Source: Acidobacteriota bacterium
GTDB taxonomy: Bacteria; Acidobacteriota; UBA4820; DSQY01
Assembly: GCA_049967655.1 (NCBI GenBank)
Contig: JBMFSH010000037.1
Location: 1 to 22,761, forward strand
DNA: 22,761 nt
Direction of reading: 5' to 3'
Shown: in pieces, positions 1 to 6,975 of the stretch
How the letters are laid out: each line of letters begins with the position of its first letter
How positions within the stretch are numbered: the stretch's first letter is position 1
The notes under the pieces: generated by a model
What the model saw: the letters and a program-made list of their open reading frames with translations, nothing else
Told to the model about the DNA's origin: nothing
Databases searched by the model: none
Program-made: the position numbers and the translations under genes

Positions 1-143
1 GAGGGGTTTACAGGGAGCCGGCCCATCCGGTGCCGGACTTCGCTGAGCGCCGGGGCGGCCATTTTGGCCCTGTTCACCAGGGCCTGGTCAGCCCGAAAAG
101 CCTTTCCGTCCAGCGCCAGGAATTGGAAGGCCGAAGGCTCCCC

Positions 144-185
144 AAAAAACGGAAGGCGCCCGACTTGGCGTCGGGCGCCTCCCCG
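144..185 (-). terminator. Rho-independent terminator downstream of the secreted-protein gene
   Basis: Minus strand reads CGGGGAGGCGCCCGAC-GCCAA-GTCGGGCGCCTTCCG-TTTTTT: a long GC stem, 5-nt loop and U6 tract, about 90 nt after the stop at 273. Confidence 0.85.
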
Positions 186-272
186 TGAAAAACCGGCTCG
201 GAGGGTACTGAACTCATGAGCCTACTACTGGTCCTCGGTCTCCTCCGCGCCTCTTGGATCAGGGGCGAGTAT

Positions 273-866
273 TTACCAGTTTTCCGCGGGCTGGGGTGCC
301 GCTTGGGCGGCGGACGGCTCCGGCGTCAGAGCGTCCTGGAGATCCTGGAGCATGCCCGCCTCGGCCGACGCGGAGGCCTTCTTGCTCTTGAGGATCACCA
401 CCTTGACGCCGGGCCCCGCTCCGAGTTTGGCACCCGCTTGGGGCATGGCCTTGATCTTCACGCTCAGCCTCTTGGTGTGACTGTAGTCGCCCGGCGCCAC
501 GGTGACGGTGACTTGGGCGGAGGGGGTGTCGGTGGCCTCATTGAAGGTCACCGAGGCGGGGTCGATGGTGGACTGGAGATCGGAGCTACCGGTTACGTTG
601 AAATCGGCGTTGATGGGGTAGCTCAGCTTGCTGGCGTGCTTGCCGGCGTCCAGGCCGAGGGTGAAGGAGAAGGTATCGCCGGCGGTGATGGCCGCCTCCT
701 TGAAGATGACCACCGTCTCGCCGTTGCGGGAGACCACTGTGGCGGCCGGGTTGGTGCTGGAGGCGCTGACCGAGTAGCGAATGCGAGAGGGACTGCCCGC
801 CAGAACGGCGGTGGCCACCAGCAGGAGCGGGAGTGCGAGAGCCAACGATTTCATCTTGTTTCGCAT
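273..866 (-). CDS. Hypothetical secreted protein (197 aa), probably beta-sandwich/Ig-like
   Basis: GAGGAGG RBS at 871-877; signal peptide MRNKMKSLALALPLLLVATAVLA-G; alternating beta-strand pattern (TFSFTL, AQVTVTV); GC3-biased codons; own promoter and terminator. Confidence 0.85.
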   Translation of the reverse strand: MRNKMKSLALALPLLLVATAVLAGSPSRIRYSVSASSTNPAATVVSRNGETVVIFKEAAITAGDTFSFTLGLDAGKHASKLSYPINADFNVTGSSDLQSTIDPASVTFNEATDTPSAQVTVTVAPGDYSHTKRLSVKIKAMPQAGAKLGAGPGVKVVILKSKKASASAEAGMLQDLQDALTPEPSAAQAAPQPAENW

Positions 867-942
867 GGTGCCTCCTCAGAAAACGGTAGATTCCTTTCCT
901 TCGATGACAACGAACCGACACTCAACCACATGGCCTTGGCGA

Positions 943-958
943 AGCAAGGCCTATGCCA
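943..958 (-). promoter_or_regulatory. sigma54 (RpoN) -24/-12 promoter for the secreted protein
   Basis: Minus strand TGGCATAGGCCTTGCT has exact GG-N10-GC spacing and matches TGGCAC-N5-TTGCW; about 75 nt upstream of the ATG. Confidence 0.75.
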
Positions 959-1058
959 TACTCTCTGGCCGTTGCCCTTCGTCTCCACTCCTCCCGCGGG
1001 CGGGCTCGTTTTGAACCTAGTCCCGTGGCCAGCGGCGCCTCCAGAGGGTCCGAATGGC

Positions 1059-1076
1059 CGTCCGTTCTTTCGGACG
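1059..1076. promoter_or_regulatory. Palindrome, candidate enhancer (UAS) for a sigma54 activator
   Basis: CGTCCG-TTCTTT-CGGACG: perfect 6-bp arms with an AT-rich spacer, about 130-145 bp upstream of the predicted start site near 932. Confidence 0.35.
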
Positions 1077-1414
1077 CCGCTGTTCCGGGAAGGCGACAAG
1101 GGGGGCCTCCAACTTGTCTTGCTTTTGGGAAGTCGGAGGCGGCCACCGGAGGCGGTGGAGGAGGGGGACACCCGCCCCCTCCTTCCGGGCATCGGGCCGG
1201 GCCGCTGTCCTCATTCGCACCGGGATGTTTCGGCGGGAAGGACGAGTGGGTTGGAGGCTTCAGAGCCAAGTCACCGGAAACAAGCCCGCGAAAACCGCCG
1301 CCCTTGGATTCATGATTCCGCCTTCCCGGCCCTCAAGGGCCCTTCCGTCCGCCCGGTCCGCCGCGGCCGTGGACCCCCAACCGCACCGGACCGTGATCTT
1401 CCAGGAGGCTGTCT

Positions 1415-1431
1415 CGCAAGGGACGTACCAG
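1415..1431 (-). promoter_or_regulatory. Second sigma54 -24/-12 promoter
   Basis: Minus strand CTGGTACGTCCCTTGCG closely matches YTGGCACG-N4-TTGCW with exact spacing; intergenic and in the same orientation as the first. Confidence 0.65.
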
Positions 1432-1545
1432 GCGAAACCGTCGCGCGGTTGGCTGAAGGGAAAGGGCGGGGCCGGCGGTTTCGGGACGCCGGAGGCCCGC
1501 TGCACCAGCAGCCTGACCAAGCAAGAGGAGAGAGAAGGCCGCCGC

Positions 1546-1606
1546 AAAAAATTCCCCCGCCGGGGAGGCCGCAGGGAAAAAGCGCCCTTCCGGCGGGGAT
1601 TTTTTT
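1546..1606 (-). terminator. Probable terminator of the SDR-aldolase unit (A/T-flanked inverted repeat)
   Basis: Minus strand TCCCC-GGCG-GGGGA-A-TTTTTT (1566-1546), within a larger imperfect inverted repeat AAAAAATTCCCCCGCCGG / CCGGCGGGGATTTTTTT. Confidence 0.5.
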
Positions 1607-1665
1607 CCAGGGGAACCGGCCCCGCCCTCGCTTGGGGACAGCAGGGGCCCTCGCCCTCGCGTGGG

Positions 1666-3108
1666 TCAATCGGCCCTGGGATTCTCCTCGGCCTTGGCGG
1701 GCATCCGCGGCGCGCCGCAGGCGGCGATCTCGGCCGCCGCGTCGGGAGAGGGTGGCTGGGGCAATACGAAACGGCGGACCACGTCGTGGGTGCCGGCCAC
1801 GTTTAACTGGTCGATGAGGAAGGCGAACTTGGCCTGGAGAGCCTGCCCGATCTCCTCCCGCACGGGGGCCGGCAGGCCCCACCACTCCCGCTTGAGCTCC
1901 CCTCCGAAGCCCTTCTTGCGGGTCTTGTAGAGGAACTGGTCCTCCGTTTCTCCGGCCTTCCTCTCTTGCGCGAAGGCCCTCTTCAGGTGCTGGTAGACGT
2001 GCTCTCGGAAGTCGGCGGGCAGGGCCGGGTGGTCGTAGATCATGTTCTGGAAGCCCGTGGCCAGGTGCACCTCGCAGGCCTTGTGCCGCGGGAACTGGTG
2101 GAAGGCCTCGTCGGGCAGGGTGGAGGCGCCGTGCTGGACCGTCCCCGCCATGCCATAGCGCTCCTGGGCCATGGCGGCGATGGAGGAGAGGACGCTGAAG
2201 TCGAGCTTCACCTCGGCCACCGTTCCGTCGGGAAGGACCACGCCGCCGTGGCTCGTGCCCGTCTGGACGGAGATCTTCTTGATCCCCTCCGCTTCGCCGA
2301 GGCCTCGCTGGTACTCGCCCATGAAGGCCTCGAACTCCTCCACCGTGCTGTTGTGGCCCCCCACCTCGCCGATTTCCCCGCCCACGGAGACGGTGGTGCC
2401 TTCGGGCTCGTGGTCGCGGATGAAACGAGTGAGCAGGGCGCAGACCTCACCGTTGTCGCGCTGCTGCGAGGGCAAGTCCGGCCGCTCGAGGACCACGAGG
2501 GTGGAGGAGTCGATGTCGATGTTGTAGAAACCCGCCGCGAGCGCCTCGCGGATGAGGGCCTTCAAGCCGCCGATCTCCTTCTCACGGTCGGCGAAGTAGC
2601 CCTTGGCCGAGGCCTGGAAGTGGTCGCCCTGGATGAAGAGGGGGCCCGAGTAACCCTCGCGCAAAGCCGCCCCGATCATCACCGCCACGTACTCGTGGGG
2701 CCGCTGGTCGGTGTAGCCCATCTCGCTCTTAGCGATCTCGAAGAGGAAGGCGCCGCAGCCCTTGGGGATGGCGGCGCGGAAGAAGGCCCGGGCCGAGTCG
2801 TAGGCCAGCCCGCGGATGTTCATGGCGGGAACCGTGAAGCCTCCCGTCTCCTTCTGGCCCATGGCGGCGTAGAGGGAGTGGATGGAGGCGAGGTGGACAC
2901 CGAGCTGTGCCGCCGCCGTCTTGAGAGCGAAGCGCGCCCGCCCTCTCACCTGGGGGTCCTTGGCGAAGACGGCGGTCTGCACGAGGTCGTCCGTGAGCGG
3001 ACCCCGGAAGGCTTCTGGGTGGGCCACCCTCGGCGCGCCGCCGGGCCCAGAATGTTCAATGGCGATAGACAGCCGCTCCTTCAAGCTATCCACGGTTTGG
3101 ATGATCAT
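1666..3108 (-). CDS. Class II fructose-bisphosphate aldolase family protein (long form, 480 aa)
   Basis: Motifs FTVPAMN, QGDHFQ, DIDSS, GGEIGEVG, GTSHGG, VQHGAST. Start set at ATG 3108 behind RBS GAAGGAGAGG, not at the ORF-track start 3222. Confidence 0.9.
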   Translation of the reverse strand: MIIQTVDSLKERLSIAIEHSGPGGAPRVAHPEAFRGPLTDDLVQTAVFAKDPQVRGRARFALKTAAAQLGVHLASIHSLYAAMGQKETGGFTVPAMNIRGLAYDSARAFFRAAIPKGCGAFLFEIAKSEMGYTDQRPHEYVAVMIGAALREGYSGPLFIQGDHFQASAKGYFADREKEIGGLKALIREALAAGFYNIDIDSSTLVVLERPDLPSQQRDNGEVCALLTRFIRDHEPEGTTVSVGGEIGEVGGHNSTVEEFEAFMGEYQRGLGEAEGIKKISVQTGTSHGGVVLPDGTVAEVKLDFSVLSSIAAMAQERYGMAGTVQHGASTLPDEAFHQFPRHKACEVHLATGFQNMIYDHPALPADFREHVYQHLKRAFAQERKAGETEDQFLYKTRKKGFGGELKREWWGLPAPVREEIGQALQAKFAFLIDQLNVAGTHDVVRRFVLPQPPSPDAAAEIAACGAPRMPAKAEENPRAD

Positions 3109-3218
3109 GGCCTCTCCTTCGCGAGGGAGCGGGAACCGGGTACCAGGAGCACCTCCGCCCAGCGGTTTCTCCGAAATCCATCTCTCTCTGTGCCTCTGTG
3201 GTTTGTCTTGGTTTTTCC

Positions 3219-3953
3219 TCACACCGTGTTGATCCCGCCGTTGAGCGGGATGTACTGTCCCGTGATCCAGCGGGCCTCGTCGCTGCAGAGGAAGGCCACG
3301 ACGGGGCCGATGTCCTGCGGCTGGCCGTTACGTTTGAGGGGCGTGAGCATGGCGACGAACCGCTTCTGTTCCGCGGACTGGCGGGAGGTGGCGTCGGTCT
3401 CCACGAGGCCGGGCGCTACCACGTTGACGGTGATGCCGTGCGGCCCCGCCTCCCGCGAGAGCACCCGGCACGCCCCGTCGAGGGCGGACTTGGCCGCGGC
3501 GTGGGCGCCGAAGCCGTCGCTCGCGAAGCGCGAGAGGGAGGAGGAGACGGCCACGATGCGGCCCCACTTGCGCTCCACCATGCCCGGCACCACCGCGGCG
3601 GTGAGGGCGTGGAAGGCGCCCAGCTCGCCCAGGAGCTTGGCCGACACGCCCTCCCAGGGTAGCTGCCAGAAGGGCCCCATGGGGAAGGTGATGTTGGCGT
3701 TGTGCACGGCGGCCTCCACGGGCCCCAGCTGCTTCTCCACCGCCCTCACCATGGCGGTGAGCGCCCTCGCGTCGCGCACGTCCGCCGGGAAGACCGCGCC
3801 CTCGCCGCCCGATTCCGCCAGCACGCGCTCGGCCATCTCCACGTTCGCGAGGCAGTTCACCGCCACGCGGAAACCCCGCTGAGCCAAAGCCTTCACGATG
3901 GCGGCGCCGATGCCCCGGCTCCCGCCCGTGACCAGTGCGACCTTCCTGTCCAT
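3219..3953 (-). CDS. Short-chain dehydrogenase/reductase (FabG-like fold) with HxxxK in place of YxxxK
   Basis: TGGSRGIG Rossmann motif, VSS, GITVNVVAPG, WITGQ; RBS AGGAGG; active-site segment reads AHAAAK. Confidence 0.92.
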   Translation of the reverse strand: MDRKVALVTGGSRGIGAAIVKALAQRGFRVAVNCLANVEMAERVLAESGGEGAVFPADVRDARALTAMVRAVEKQLGPVEAAVHNANITFPMGPFWQLPWEGVSAKLLGELGAFHALTAAVVPGMVERKWGRIVAVSSSLSRFASDGFGAHAAAKSALDGACRVLSREAGPHGITVNVVAPGLVETDATSRQSAEQKRFVAMLTPLKRNGQPQDIGPVVAFLCSDEARWITGQYIPLNGGINTV

Positions 3954-4073
3954 GGATGACCTCCTGCTCTGGTTAGAACTTCAGCATACCGGATGGCCCC
4001 GCGGGAAACAACCGGGAGGGCTGAAAGGAAGAACTTCACCACCTGTCCCTCTGTTTCCCTGTCTCCATCTCTT

Positions 4074-4082
4074 TGCTACACT
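4074..4082 (+). promoter_or_regulatory. Extended -10 promoter (TGnTACACT) for trpS
   Basis: TGCTACACT 27 nt before the ATG; the same TGCTACnnT motif recurs at 6030 and 19147. Confidence 0.55.
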
Positions 4083-4108
4083 CGCCTCCGTTGAGGAGGG
4101 CCGTCTCC

Positions 4109-5074
4109 ATGCGCATTCTCTCGGGCATCCAACCGTCGGGTAAACTCCACATCGGGAACTATCTGGGCGCCATGCGCCAGCACCTGGAGCTCCAGGACAA
4201 GGGCGAGGCCTTCTACTTCATCGCCGACTTCCACGCCCTCACCACGGTGAAGGAGCCCGAGGCGCTCCGCGAACACGTGCGCGACGTGGCCCTGGACTAC
4301 CTGGCCCTCGGGCTGGACCCCGCGCGCTGCACCTTCTACCGGCAGTCCGACATCCACGAGGTGCCCGAGCTCACGTGGCTGCTGACCACCGTGACCCCCA
4401 TGGGCCTCCTCGAACGGTGCCACTCCTACAAGGACAAGCTGGCCAAGGGCCTCTCGCCCGATCACGGTCTCTTCGCCTATCCGGTGCTCATGGCCGCCGA
4501 CATCCTCATCGTGGACTCCAACGTCGTCCCCGTGGGCAAGGACCAGAAGCAGCACGTGGAGGTGACGCGGGACATCGCCCAGCGCTTCAACAACACTTAC
4601 GGCCAGGAGGTCTTCGTCATCCCCGAGGACCGCATCCTTCCGGAGACGGGCGTGGTGCCGGGCCTCGACGGCCAGAAAATGAGCAAGTCCTATGGCAACG
4701 ACATCGGCATCTTCCTGGAGGGCAAGGCCCTCAAGGAGCGCGTCATGGCCGTGGTCACCGACTCGGCCCCCGTGGAGGCGCCCAAGGACCCGGATGCCAA
4801 CAACGTCTTCAACCTCCTCAAGCTCTTCGTCTCCAAGGAGGAGGAGGCCGAGTGGCGGGAGCGCTTCCTCAAGGGCGGCCTCAAGTACTCGGACGCCAAG
4901 AAGCGCCTCATCGCCGTCCTGGACGAGACCTTCGGCCCCGCCCGCGAGCGGCGCAAGGAGCTCGTTCGACGCCCGGACTACGTGGCGGACGTGCTGCGGG
5001 AGGGGGCGGAGCGGGTAAGGCCCATCGCCAAAGCAACCCTGGAGCGGGCCCGAAAGGCCTGCGGCATCGACTAG
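4109..5074 (+). CDS. trpS: Tryptophan--tRNA ligase
   Basis: MRILSGIQPSGKLHIGNY (HIGH motif), YPVLMAADIL, VPVGKDQKQH, KMSKS; RBS GAGGAGG. Confidence 0.97.
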   Translation: MRILSGIQPSGKLHIGNYLGAMRQHLELQDKGEAFYFIADFHALTTVKEPEALREHVRDVALDYLALGLDPARCTFYRQSDIHEVPELTWLLTTVTPMGLLERCHSYKDKLAKGLSPDHGLFAYPVLMAADILIVDSNVVPVGKDQKQHVEVTRDIAQRFNNTYGQEVFVIPEDRILPETGVVPGLDGQKMSKSYGNDIGIFLEGKALKERVMAVVTDSAPVEAPKDPDANNVFNLLKLFVSKEEEAEWRERFLKGGLKYSDAKKRLIAVLDETFGPARERRKELVRRPDYVADVLREGAERVRPIAKATLERARKACGID

Positions 5075-5130
5075 CTTGCAGGGAAAGGAGAGTTTCCCCG
5101 AGGACCATCCTCTGTCCAAGGAGGCGATTC

Positions 5131-5457
5131 ATGGATGAGCGCCGTCGCCATGTCCGATACCCCGTCTCCGTCCCAGGCCGCTGCGCGCAGCCAGGCCAGC
5201 CTGAAACCTCCATCCAGGTGCTGAACCTCTCGGCGGCCTCCCTGCTGGCCAGGTCCCCCCAGCCCTTTCTCCAGCTCAAGACCGCCCACCTCAAGGTGGA
5301 ACTCCAGGAGGGGCTGGTGGAGTGCGAGGCGGTGTGCGTGAGGGCCACCACGGCCCCGCCCTGGGAGGGCGCGTTCCTCTTCACGGAGGTGGCGCCCGAA
5401 TCAGCCGAGCGGCTGGAGTCGTTCCTGGAGCGCCTGCGAGGGCACCGTCACACCTGA
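5131..5457 (+). CDS. Stand-alone PilZ domain protein (108 aa)
   Basis: RBS AAGGAGG; N-terminal ERRRHVR (RxxxR), NLSAAS at the second motif position, beta-barrel pattern and C-terminal helix. It is the 3' part of ORF 4375..5457. Confidence 0.8.
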   Translation: MDERRRHVRYPVSVPGRCAQPGQPETSIQVLNLSAASLLARSPQPFLQLKTAHLKVELQEGLVECEAVCVRATTAPPWEGAFLFTEVAPESAERLESFLERLRGHRHT

Positions 5458-5510
5458 GGCCCCGCGGGCCTCCTGGCCGCTCCGCCTCGAGCCCCGGTGA
5501 GAAAGTCGGG

Positions 5511-5855
5511 CTAGCTCTCGTCCACCCCGAGCAGGCGGTTGATCTTGGCCGCGCAGATGAAATCGTTCTGCGAGAGCCCGCCGATGGCGTGGGTGTGGTA
5601 GCGGACCACGCAGCGGTTGTAGCCCACCTCCAGATCGGGATGGTGCCCCTCGCGGTTGGCGAGGTAGGCCACCGCGTTCACAAAGCCCATCGTCTCGTAG
5701 AAATCCTTGAAAAGGAAGGTGCGGACGATCTCGCCTCCGTCCTTGCGGAGCTTCCAAAGGGGGACCTCGCGCATCAGCTTCTCCGCCTCGGCGCGGGTCA
5801 GGGGTTTCACGCCTCCCTCGCAGGGGGTGCAGCGTTTCGAGCTCAGCGGCGGCAT
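5511..5855 (-). CDS. phhB: Pterin-4-alpha-carbinolamine dehydratase (PhhB/PCD family)
   Basis: LSSKRCTPCEGG, FKDF, EGHHPDL, THAIGGLSQNDFICAAKI; RBS GGAGG before ATG 5855. Confidence 0.95.
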   Translation of the reverse strand: MPPLSSKRCTPCEGGVKPLTRAEAEKLMREVPLWKLRKDGGEIVRTFLFKDFYETMGFVNAVAYLANREGHHPDLEVGYNRCVVRYHTHAIGGLSQNDFICAAKINRLLGVDES

Positions 5856-6029
5856 GACCACCTCCATTCGGAACCAGACAGAACAACGCCGCGCCGGGCG
5901 GGCCTGTTCCTCGACGAGAGGAGCGCCTGGCCCTAAAGGCATCCCTCCTCGTGTAGGAGCGCTCTCCAGAGCGCGTCGGCCGGCTTCCCGCACCCGCCCG
6001 CCACGCCCGCGCCGACCTTGTGCCTCCTT

Positions 6030-6038
6030 TGCTACAAT
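6030..6038 (+). promoter_or_regulatory. Extended -10 promoter (TGnTACAAT) for SDR-recQ
   Basis: TGCTACAAT 27 nt before ATG 6065. Confidence 0.6.
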
Positions 6039-6064
6039 GGTGCCTCACCATAGGAGAGACGATC

Positions 6065-6886
6065 ATGGGCGACCTGAAGGGAAAGACGCTGTTCATCACC
6101 GGCGCCAGCAGGGGCATAGGCAAGGCCATCGGCCTGAGGGCGGCCCGCGACGGGGCCAACGTGGTCATCGCCGCCAAGACCGTGGAGCCACACCCCAAGC
6201 TGCCCGGCACGATCCACACCGCCGCGGCCGAGATGGAGGCCGCCGGCGGGAGGGCCCTGGCCATCGCCGTGGACATCCGGGACGAGGAGTCGGTGAGGGA
6301 GGCCGTGCGCCGAGCGGCGGAGGTCTTCGGCGGTCTGGACATCCTCGTGAACAACGCCAGCGCCATCGACCTTAGGGGCACCCTCGACCTGCCCGTCAAA
6401 AAGTGGGATCTCATGCACGGCGTCAACGCCCGGGGCACCTGGCTCTGCTCGAAGATGGCCCTGCCCCACCTGCTCAAGGCCGAGAACCCGCACATCCTCA
6501 ACATCTCGCCTCCCCTCAACCTGGAGGCGCGCTGGTTCGCCCCGCACGTGGCCTACACCATGGCCAAGTTCGGCATGAGCCTCTGCGTGCTCGGCATGGC
6601 CGAGGAGTTCCGCGAAGCGGGCGTGGCCGTGAACGCCCTCTGGCCCAAGACCACCATCGCCACGGCCGCGGTCATGAACCTGCTCGGCGGTCAGGAGCTC
6701 GTGGAGCGCTCGCGCACGCCCGAGATCGTGGCCGACGCCGCCCACGCCATCTTCACGAGGGCGAGCCGTCAGTGCACGGGGAACTTCTTCCTCGACGAGG
6801 AGGTTCTTCGCGCGGAGGGGGTCACCGACTTCGCCCGCTACGCCGTCAAGCCCGGCACGGAGCTCATGCCCGACTTCTTCATCTGA
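6065..6886 (+). CDS. NAD(P)-dependent SDR, HSDL2-like / citronellol dehydrogenase-like subfamily
   Basis: ITGASRGIG, AAKTVEPHPKLPGTI, NNASAI, YTMAK, NALWPKT, CTGNFFLDE; RBS AGGAG. Confidence 0.93.
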   Translation: MGDLKGKTLFITGASRGIGKAIGLRAARDGANVVIAAKTVEPHPKLPGTIHTAAAEMEAAGGRALAIAVDIRDEESVREAVRRAAEVFGGLDILVNNASAIDLRGTLDLPVKKWDLMHGVNARGTWLCSKMALPHLLKAENPHILNISPPLNLEARWFAPHVAYTMAKFGMSLCVLGMAEEFREAGVAVNALWPKTTIATAAVMNLLGGQELVERSRTPEIVADAAHAIFTRASRQCTGNFFLDEEVLRAEGVTDFARYAVKPGTELMPDFFI

Positions 6887-6975
6887 GGGAGGGCGTGGCC
6901 TGGGCCTGCGGCGGAACCGCGCCGGGGGAGAGGCCGGGACGATGGATGGAGTCGCACGCGGGCAGAGGGGGTGAG

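Noticed and set aside
1105..1258. 9-bp long-range pairing GCCTCCAAC/GTTGGAGGC as a riboswitch-like alternative fold
   Set aside because: A match of this length is expected by chance in a few hundred GC-rich bases, and I recognise no aptamer consensus.
216..1817. 533-aa plus-strand ORF and other long antisense or alternate-frame ORFs (e.g. 1966..3882, 10971..12458, 11414..12955, 14149..16095)
   Set aside because: Shadow ORFs of GC-rich DNA: Arg/Gly/Pro-rich, no motifs, and overlapping well-supported genes.
6403..6975. N-terminal extensions given by the ORF track for recQ (also smc, aldolase, trpS, PhhB, DedA, FHA-cyclase)
   Set aside because: They overlap neighbouring genes or promoters; downstream starts match family N-termini and mostly have RBSs.
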